IMG/VR virus record: IMGVR_UViG_3300027541_000132
Length of the DNA: 64,000 nucleotides
Source: a virus
Direction: 5' to 3' (one strand)
A program made the position numbers and the translations under genes. Below, piece by piece: positions 57,354 to 64,000 of the stretch (the stretch's first letter is position 1; every line of letters starts with the position of its first letter). The notes beneath the pieces are model-generated. The model saw only the letters and a list, made by a program, of their open reading frames with translations. It did not search any database and was not told the origin of the DNA.

Positions 57354-57427
57354 TGGTGCGCTAGACAGGAATCGAACCTGCTATCGGGAGTTTAGAAGTC
57401 CCTGCCTATCCATTGAGCTTCAAGCGC
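57354..57427 (-). tRNA. Candidate amber-suppressor tRNA (anticodon CTA), type I
   Basis: CCA encoded, acceptor GCGCTTG/CTAGCGC (U6·U67), T-arm GCAGG/TTCGATT/CCTGT, anticodon arm GGGAC/TTCTAAA/CTCCC (C·C at the loop-closing pair). Positions 34-36 = CUA. Confidence 0.55.
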
Positions 57428-57428
57428 A

Positions 57429-57638
57429 TTATCGTTCCCAAATTGTAGTCATGTTGAGCCAACGTGCTACGGGTTTAACTACCAGCGGAATCATTAAGCA
57501 AAGAATCCAAACCATTTGGATGTATTCTGCTTCTGTAAATTTGTAGGCAATGTTAGCAAAGCCAACTACTAGATAAATGGCGGACAGCCAAAAGAGGTAA
57601 TGTCCGCCACTGCGTTGCCAAAGTAAACGTTTTAACAT
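57429..57638 (-). CDS. Small membrane protein (69 aa)
   Basis: Two hydrophobic helices. Confidence 0.45.
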   Translation of the reverse strand: MLKRLLWQRSGGHYLFWLSAIYLVVGFANIAYKFTEAEYIQMVWILCLMIPLVVKPVARWLNMTTIWER

Positions 57639-57639
57639 A

Positions 57640-58440
57640 TTACTTACCGTTGGTAGTAACAGTAGGAGTTACAACACCGTTGATAACCAAAGTTTGACCT
57701 TTGAAGTTGGCAATAGCATCGGGCAACTTACGCATGGCTTCTGCTTCTGCCTCCGCCTTCAACAATGGAATTGCCATCGGATTGGCCTGCATCGATTCGT
57801 TACGTTTCTTAGCAGTAGCAACTTTGACTTCTTCGGTCTTGTACTCGTTCTTGGCTTTGACCAATTCGTTGGCGCTGGCTACAACAGAGTCTGCAGGCAC
57901 AATGTTACGAATAAGAACTTGTCCAATTACAATAGTACCATCCAACTTTTCTTCAGCCAGTGTACGAGTAACTTGTTCTTTGATTTCAGTTTCCATTGCT
58001 TGACGTGCATCACCCATTTCCAATGCTTCATACTTACGTGCGGCTTTGTAGATAGCATTACGTGAAGCATTAAAGATGTAATTATACATCAAGTAAACAT
58101 CGCCATTATGACTAGCGTGGAATGATTTATTTTTTGTATTATAAATCTCGGCCACTTGTGCTTGATTGATATTATAAGTAACCAACGCATCAAAGTCCTT
58201 CATTGTGCTATTATCTTTAGCCAATGGAGTCATGTCTTCAACTTTGACACTAATTTCCTTAGTTGGGAATGTAAGTACATCGCCGATAATAGTTTGGTTA
58301 AACGAACCAGGAAGCAATTCCTCATTCTTGACCTGCTTGTCAAAACCGACACGGAGACCAACTTCACCAGTTTCGATACGAGTACAACCCGTTGCCAAAA
58401 CTGCGGCGGCAAGAATAGAGAGAGTTAAAATACGCTTCAT
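57640..58440 (-). CDS. SPFH/band-7 domain lipoprotein
   Basis: Lipobox 'LATGC' after the signal sequence. A prohibitin/HflC-like region with an Ala/Glu-rich coiled coil ('KAEAEAEAMRK'). Confidence 0.65.
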   Translation of the reverse strand: MKRILTLSILAAAVLATGCTRIETGEVGLRVGFDKQVKNEELLPGSFNQTIIGDVLTFPTKEISVKVEDMTPLAKDNSTMKDFDALVTYNINQAQVAEIYNTKNKSFHASHNGDVYLMYNYIFNASRNAIYKAARKYEALEMGDARQAMETEIKEQVTRTLAEEKLDGTIVIGQVLIRNIVPADSVVASANELVKAKNEYKTEEVKVATAKKRNESMQANPMAIPLLKAEAEAEAMRKLPDAIANFKGQTLVINGVVTPTVTTNGK

Positions 58441-58622
58441 TGTTTTTCCTTAAAATAAAATTACGATTGCTGTCATCACCATTAGTGCTAACAGTGAAAC
58501 AATTATACTATAGGCCAATGACTTTGTCAATGACCAACGCTCCTTGCCCTCCATTTTCCTCCAGGTAGTAATACCTAAATGGATCAGGACGGCAAGGATT
58601 GCAAAGACTAGCCAAAGTCTAA

Positions 58623-59420
58623 TCATTGTGTTACCTTAAGAGCGGCATCGACTGCGGCCTTAACAGCGGCATCCAACTGCTCTTGTGTGTAGGCTTCATC
58701 CTGGACAGGTGCTTTGAAAGCATCGTCTGGATGTACGCCCAATTCACCAATAACTTCGTAGCGGCAAGCACGACCCTTAGACGCATTGTAGTCAGTAGGA
58801 ATGCTTACAACATCACGTGGATTGATCTTAAGGATCACTGTACGTTCACCACCAAAGTGGTCCAAGTACTCACGTGAGCAGAAGTGCAGACCAGAACTAC
58901 AAGTGTTTTCGGCCTTGTCGTCAACTTGGTTGCGCTCCATTTCAACAATCTGTCCAACAGAGTTATCCATTGTACCACTGTGGCAATCCTTATAGTCCTT
59001 ACGAACTTTCTTGTATGCCAAGAAGTGACCGTCATTGGTAATTGGCAAATTACCCTTTTCCAAAAACTTGTACAGTTCTGTAACAGCACGATGACTTGGG
59101 TTGCTCATCAAGTTCTCCATAAACTGAACCATAGGCTCAATTGGGAAACCATCTTGGTACATAGAAATAATTCTATCTGCCAATGTGTTGTGGAACTCTT
59201 GTCCCTTCCAGTAGAACTTGTCTCCTTGGATAGCGATGTTACCAGCACCATATTCGAGCACAATTTTCTTTGGCTCAATTACTTCCTGTACTGTGTCCCA
59301 GTCACCTGTCTTAATTGCTTCTTTGACTTTCTCATAGGCAATATGAGTAGAAGTAATTGTATGTGGATTGTTGTTAATTACAACAACAATATTTTTGCCT
59401 TGAATCAAATATGGAAACAT
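58623..59420 (-). CDS. rIIB: rIIB protector-from-prophage-induced-early-lysis protein
   Basis: 'LENLMSNPSHRAVTELY...DCHSGTMDNSVG...CSSGLHFCSREY...INPRDVVSIPTDYNASKGRACRYEV' closely parallels T4 rIIB. ATG at 59418-59420, one nt after the rIIA stop. Confidence 0.85.
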   Translation of the reverse strand: MFPYLIQGKNIVVVINNNPHTITSTHIAYEKVKEAIKTGDWDTVQEVIEPKKIVLEYGAGNIAIQGDKFYWKGQEFHNTLADRIISMYQDGFPIEPMVQFMENLMSNPSHRAVTELYKFLEKGNLPITNDGHFLAYKKVRKDYKDCHSGTMDNSVGQIVEMERNQVDDKAENTCSSGLHFCSREYLDHFGGERTVILKINPRDVVSIPTDYNASKGRACRYEVIGELGVHPDDAFKAPVQDEAYTQEQLDAAVKAAVDAALKVTQ

Positions 59421-59421
59421 T

Positions 59422-61584
59422 TTAAACACCTTTCTGTGTGTCAATCAAATTAACGTACTCAGCAACTTCATGATTTGGCGCACTACGCAAGTATGCCAAC
59501 AACGGATAACGCTTACTAATGGTTGCACATTCATCAGTAAACTTCTGCACTTGAGCTTCTGGACTAAAGGTTACACCAGGAGCATAACGATTGCACAAAC
59601 GCTTCAAACTTTGTTCACTGTACTTAATCTTTTCATAGCCCTTGAACTGTTTTACCAATTCAACATACGGACTATTTTTGTTAGTAACATTAAACATGAT
59701 GCTTTCATTATACTGCAACAGGTTGAAATTGTCAACAGCCTGCAATACCAAACTCATAACAAGTTTATTATCAATTGGCTTGCTCAAAACACTAACAATG
59801 TGCTCTTCAATGTTGACCCAATTCTTTTGAGTCTTAATAAACTCAATGTCGCCTTTACGCACACCGTAGATTGTAGTCTTCAAACCAGTTAAACCACAGT
59901 CTTTCAAATCGTTGTAAAACTCTTTGACGTTGCTCATACCATACTTACTTTGAACTTCAAAACCGCTCAAAGGCAAGTAGTAGTAAGTAGTAGCATCATC
60001 AAAACTGTCAGCCTTACCAGCATCACGCCAAACCATTTCGCGTTCACGATAGTAGCCACCTGTGCCACGTTCTTGCAAACACAAGATTGTAACGTTCTTT
60101 GCCAAACCAACTTGACGTTCTTTCTTCGACAACGAACTGGCTTTTACAATACGATCCTCTGGAGGATTAGCAATAGCCTTAAAGAACGCCTTAGTGTTCA
60201 TGACTTTGTCTTTGTTTAATTTATCTAAGACAAAGACTGTAGCACTATTGTCTGGCTTAGTTTCACGATAGTGGAACTTGGCACGTTCAAGGGCACCGAT
60301 ATTGGTATCATTAACGATAAACTGTACACGGTCCTCTACAGTAATGCCCCAGTAGGCAAACATATCGTAATGCCCTTGAGCGTTCTTGTTATCACTGTAT
60401 TGTGTGTCAGCCTTACGGTTAGGATATGCCTTAGTGTGCTTGGCATAGTTAAAACCTCTGATAACGATGTTGTATTTCTTAGCAAGATCTTCAACACCCA
60501 TTTTGAAAGTCTTAGTACCGCCGTAACGGCTGTCATCGAATGTAGACAGGTTAGTGTCTGCTACATACTTCTTAACCGCCGCTTGCCACAAACCATTATG
60601 ATACTTCTTAGTCAAGAAGATAGCACGATCCCACAGGTTAGGAATAGCATCTGCTTCTTTGGCTACGTGAACAGCCAACTGAGCATTTACTGCCTCTAAC
60701 TTGCGCTTGATGGCATCTACAGTCTGAGGAATGTATGACAAACCTTCACGGCTTGCTTGGAAGTCTAATTCGCCAATAGCAAAGTGCATTTCCAAACCAC
60801 AGTTCAACAACAGGCGCAATTCGCCCATAGCCTGTTCTGTGTTAGGAACATCTATAGGATAGGCAATATTGCCCATGATGGCTACAGCACGACGGTGTCC
60901 GTCTGTGTATGAGTGAACGCCTGGAATGATATCCTTAGCATCATATTCTACATCACGGAAACGGAAGTCGCTGACACCGCTGATAACTGGGCGCAGAGCA
61001 AAATAAGTGTAGACATATCGTGCTTCTTCTTGGAACTTACTAAAGTCCCAACGGTCACTGACTGAGAATTTAACTTCGACACCGTCGGGTTCGCTGGTTT
61101 GTTCTTCACCCATCTTGGCAATACTAGGCACACCTGCTTCGTTAATAAAAGCAGAGTAAACACCTTTAACGCCGTCTTTGATTGCGGTTACCGTGAAGTT
61201 ATCTGTATAACTAAAAGGACTCTTAGAACCCAAACCTAATGCGCCGATAAAATCGTTGCTGTTGGTCTTAGTACTTTCAAAGTATGTGGTATAGATGTTT
61301 GTAACTTGTTCGTGGCTCAAACCAGTACCATAGTCACGAATACTAAACCAAGGTTCCAATTGGTTGGGCAAGTGTACATCAAAAGGAGTATCTTGTTTGC
61401 CTGCGGCAGTATGGCTATCTACTGCGTTACAACTCAGTTCACGGATGATAGCACGGATCTTGTTAGCATACAAGCCTGAACTCAAAATGTTAAATGCCTT
61501 AGCAGAGTTGCGAATACGGAACTCGCCCACTTCACTTACATTACTCAAAATTGCTTCGTTTTGCGGAGCATTGTTAATAATCAT
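59422..61584 (-). CDS. rIIA: rIIA protein (GHKL ATPase-domain)
   Basis: 'SNDFIGALGLGSKSPFSYTDNFTVTAI' is near-identical to T4 rIIA. The Bergerat N-box 'IRELSCNAVDS' and G1 box 'IRDYGTGLS' are present. Start at Met 'MIINNAPQ' with an AAAGG RBS. Confidence 0.9.
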   Translation of the reverse strand: MIINNAPQNEAILSNVSEVGEFRIRNSAKAFNILSSGLYANKIRAIIRELSCNAVDSHTAAGKQDTPFDVHLPNQLEPWFSIRDYGTGLSHEQVTNIYTTYFESTKTNSNDFIGALGLGSKSPFSYTDNFTVTAIKDGVKGVYSAFINEAGVPSIAKMGEEQTSEPDGVEVKFSVSDRWDFSKFQEEARYVYTYFALRPVISGVSDFRFRDVEYDAKDIIPGVHSYTDGHRRAVAIMGNIAYPIDVPNTEQAMGELRLLLNCGLEMHFAIGELDFQASREGLSYIPQTVDAIKRKLEAVNAQLAVHVAKEADAIPNLWDRAIFLTKKYHNGLWQAAVKKYVADTNLSTFDDSRYGGTKTFKMGVEDLAKKYNIVIRGFNYAKHTKAYPNRKADTQYSDNKNAQGHYDMFAYWGITVEDRVQFIVNDTNIGALERAKFHYRETKPDNSATVFVLDKLNKDKVMNTKAFFKAIANPPEDRIVKASSLSKKERQVGLAKNVTILCLQERGTGGYYREREMVWRDAGKADSFDDATTYYYLPLSGFEVQSKYGMSNVKEFYNDLKDCGLTGLKTTIYGVRKGDIEFIKTQKNWVNIEEHIVSVLSKPIDNKLVMSLVLQAVDNFNLLQYNESIMFNVTNKNSPYVELVKQFKGYEKIKYSEQSLKRLCNRYAPGVTFSPEAQVQKFTDECATISKRYPLLAYLRSAPNHEVAEYVNLIDTQKGV

Positions 61585-61692
61585 CTTTAGCCTTTCTGCG
61601 CCTAGTTGTTTACTGTATGTGTATATTATAGCAAATGAACTGTGGTCTGTCAACTGTCGATGAGTCCAAAATATGAACCCATCGACACAAGA

Positions 61693-61884
61693 TTAACCAA
61701 TTTGATCTATGCGGGCTCTCCAATAGATCTCATAAGTGCCTTGATTACAGGCTTCTGCGTAGGTTTCGGCCTCTTCGCGGGTAGTGAAGAATTTGGTTTC
61801 TTCTGGGCAAGGACGCTGTCCCCATCCTGCTTCGTACTCAGTTACGGTGACTTTGTACAGGGTGCTAACTCTAACTTCGGACAT
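61693..61884 (-). CDS. Hypothetical protein (63 aa)
   Basis: ORF-track entry. Confidence 0.4.
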   Translation of the reverse strand: MSEVRVSTLYKVTVTEYEAGWGQRPCPEETKFFTTREEAETYAEACNQGTYEIYWRARIDQIG

Positions 61885-61979
61885 TTTGGGCTCCTTTCTT
61901 ACTAGGCTTTTAGTATAAGCGATCTAGTAAGAAATGTCAATCGTAAAAAAGGTGTTGTATTTCTACAACACCCTTGCGC

Positions 61980-63059
61980 TTAAAAAGCGTCCCAGTAAGA
62001 GTAAGTCTTCTCTTTAACTTTGGTAAGGATAAGGCTTGCACCTTCCTTGTTAGTGAACACGTACTTGGTACCATTGTCATCAATCTTCTTCAACTCGTCC
62101 GGAGTGAATCGGATACCCTGCCAATCCCAATCTTCGTCACCAGTTTCTTCGTCACGTTCAATAACCTTGTAAGAAATGTTGACATTCTTGTTAAGAGGAT
62201 TGCCTTCCCATTCCTTGTCTTCAAAATTGTTTTCTTTGACTTCTTCGCCATTGATAACCAACTTGATTGCATAACGAGAAGTCGAACCGTATTCTGGTTT
62301 GGCATTCAGCATAGTCATTGCTTCCTGCGGAGTTTCGTCGAAACGATTCATTTCTTCAACCAATGCCTTCAGCATGTCAAAGTTGAATTGGTCAAACGTA
62401 CCAGCAATACCTACAATCTTTTCAATGTGTTCTTTGTTTTGAAGATTGTCCATGCAGTATTCACGAATGAAGTCTGCATCCAAGCCCTTATACTCAAGGC
62501 TGTAATAAACACGACCAGGACGATTACGCATATGGCTATTAACACGCCATTTGTCGTTACAAGTAAGCACAAACAACTTTTTGGTTGGGTACACACCGTC
62601 CAGCAGAGTCAGCATCTGTTCTTGCTCGTGTTCATCATAGACTTTTTCAAATTCATCAAACACTACAATTACAGGTTGTTCAATACTTTGAATGAACGCA
62701 TTGAATTGGTCTCCACACCAAGGAGCATTGATTACAATAGTAGGAATACCTTTGTCATATCCCTTGACAGAAAGCATCTTAGCCAATAGTGTTTTGCCAG
62801 AACCTTTTTCACCAGTAAGCATTACGCCAGTAGTACTGGGACGATCCTCAAACGCATAAAGAATACGGTCGGCACGTTTGTTTGTATCGCCGTAAATCTT
62901 GCCTTTGATTTCGAACTTGTCAATTGTTTCAAGAAACAACTGCCCAGACATCTCGTCCTTTTTAACGACATAGTTACCAGCCGGCAACTTCTCTTGAATA
63001 TCAAGTGCTTCTTTTTTGGATACTCGGTAAGTGCTACCTTGCTTTAGGAAATAGGTCAT
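61980..63059 (-). CDS. AAA+ family ATPase (359 aa)
   Basis: Walker A 'GEKGSGKT' and Walker B 'VIVVFDEFE'. Confidence 0.7.
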   Translation of the reverse strand: MTYFLKQGSTYRVSKKEALDIQEKLPAGNYVVKKDEMSGQLFLETIDKFEIKGKIYGDTNKRADRILYAFEDRPSTTGVMLTGEKGSGKTLLAKMLSVKGYDKGIPTIVINAPWCGDQFNAFIQSIEQPVIVVFDEFEKVYDEHEQEQMLTLLDGVYPTKKLFVLTCNDKWRVNSHMRNRPGRVYYSLEYKGLDADFIREYCMDNLQNKEHIEKIVGIAGTFDQFNFDMLKALVEEMNRFDETPQEAMTMLNAKPEYGSTSRYAIKLVINGEEVKENNFEDKEWEGNPLNKNVNISYKVIERDEETGDEDWDWQGIRFTPDELKKIDDNGTKYVFTNKEGASLILTKVKEKTYSYWDAF

Positions 63060-63140
63060 GTGATCTTTCTATGAAATAAAACTGCGATACTGTGTATTAT
63101 AGGCTCGGACAGGGCATCTGTCAATGTGTTTGGTAAAATA

Positions 63141-63162
63141 AAAAAGGGCCCGAAGGCCCTTT
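63141..63162. terminator. Rho-independent terminator, second copy of GGGCCCGAAGGCCC hairpin
   Basis: AAAAAAGGGCCCGAAGGCCCTTT, identical to the stem-loop at 54699-54719. A strong T-run follows on the minus strand. Confidence 0.8.
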
Positions 63163-63427
63163 GGTTGTTTGGGTTACAAGGTAAGTCCTACCCCGGAGTT
63201 GCAGTTTCTTAGGCTGCTACTAGACCATTGTCGGCTGTGAAGCCTTCAACAGTGAAGTACTCAAATGTAGATGCGTTTGCATTTACTAGTTTTGCTTGAT
63301 TTACGGTCATCGCCTACCGTGTTGCCGTCTCTACTATCTACCCCTGTCGAAACCATGGCAGGCCCATCATAAAAACACAATACCAAAGTAAATTTACAAT
63401 GAATACCAAAGTAAATTTATGTCCTTA

Positions 63428-63475
63428 TGGTGGACCTGGCGGGAGTCGAACCCGCGTCCAGAAGTCCTTCGCTTT
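63428..63475 (-). ncRNA. tRNA 3'-half-like fragment (T-arm + acceptor + CCA) resembling tmRNA/tRNA 3' end
   Basis: ...GGACGCGGGTTCGACTCCCGCCAGGTCCACCA has a perfect T-arm GCGGG/AGTCGAA/CCCGC. No complementary 5' acceptor strand was found. It lies directly downstream of ORF 63496-63972. Confidence 0.4.
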
Positions 63476-63495
63476 GAAGGGATTACAACAATTCT

Positions 63496-63972
63496 TTAAA
63501 CGCCTGCCTTTGCTAATGTGCCAAATATCCAAGGTTTTGGATCTAAGTCAATTGTCCAAGATGTCGGTTCATTTCTCATATCTTTTTTGTACACAATATT
63601 TATTTGGTCGTGTGTTAGTTTGACTAAGAAGCCGTCTGTTAATTGTTTTAGATTAGCCTTAACTGTTGCGTAATCTACAAAGGCAACAGCGAATGTTCCT
63701 TTAATTTGGACTATCATTAAATGATTAAAAACTTTGTCTAGTGTAGTTCTTTGATTCTTACTTTCGTAAACATTTTTTAATTTAAGACTGATTGTCTTTT
63801 TAGGAGTTCCTGACTTTGCGTAGAACAAAGGTTCGTTGCCAGTTTTAACTTCTACGTCGCCATTGGTCCAATCGGTAAATTTTATATCGTAATCGCGAAC
63901 GTCAGTCCACTCGATGTTCTTTTTATGATTAGATAATTGCATTGCCGCAATAATGAATTTTTCTTTCATCAT
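63496..63972 (-). CDS. Hypothetical protein (158 aa)
   Basis: ORF-track entry. Confidence 0.5.
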   Translation of the reverse strand: MMKEKFIIAAMQLSNHKKNIEWTDVRDYDIKFTDWTNGDVEVKTGNEPLFYAKSGTPKKTISLKLKNVYESKNQRTTLDKVFNHLMIVQIKGTFAVAFVDYATVKANLKQLTDGFLVKLTHDQINIVYKKDMRNEPTSWTIDLDPKPWIFGTLAKAGV

Positions 63973-64000
63973 TCGATTTGTGGATTCATTTAATACTGTC

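Overview
This window is from a large T4-like (Straboviridae-like) phage genome; nearly all genes are on the minus strand. rIIA and rIIB (59422-61584, 58623-59420) match T4 closely, and Pnk kinase, RnlA RNA ligase, a DexA-like exonuclease, DNA ligase, UvdE and an HNH endonuclease are also present.

- **1-21.3 kb, virion and tail-fibre module.** It contains a 3102-aa giant fibre protein with six internal ~150-aa repeats, at least six further fibre or structural proteins that share an N-terminal 'GxDGTGD..AF.K.N.NF..LY' motif, and a LamG-domain protein. T4 late-promoter boxes (TATAAATA) are visible.
- **21-34 kb, accessory region.** It holds ClpP, two calcineurin-like phosphoesterases, a pair of paralogous highly acidic proteins (possible DNA mimics), ATP-dependent DNA ligase, an HNH endonuclease and a DGQH(R)-motif protein. 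It also holds a phage-encoded IF-1 (infA) homologue whose start overlaps the stop of a small AbrB/MazE-like gene.
- **34-39 kb, second fibre module.** One fibre carries a subtilisin (S8) domain.
- **39.2-44.5 kb, RNA-repair gene set.** It comprises a DEDDh exonuclease, a kinase-only Pnk, T4 RnlA-like RNA ligase 1, a phosphoesterase and a dual-specificity phosphatase. It lies immediately upstream of a large tRNA array.
- **44.6-52.2 kb, tRNA array.** There are about 36 tRNA genes on the minus strand covering all 20 amino acids. Several are atypical: type-I tRNAs with Leu-family anticodons, a type-II tRNA with anticodon TAT, U·U acceptor mismatches, and long tRNA-like elements. A separate candidate amber-suppressor tRNA (anticodon CTA) sits at 57.35 kb.
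- **ORF-free islands.** The array is interrupted by islands carrying CCTTGCGAGC repeats and degenerate tRNA-like structures.
- **52.4-58.5 kb, bacterial-type auxiliary genes.** It carries AhpC peroxiredoxin, AhpD, an SGNH hydrolase, an OmpW/OmpA-like porin and an SPFH lipoprotein. Two identical GGGCCCGAAGGCCC terminators flank this region.

All tRNA anticodon calls were made by eye and should be confirmed with tRNAscan-SE or ARAGORN.
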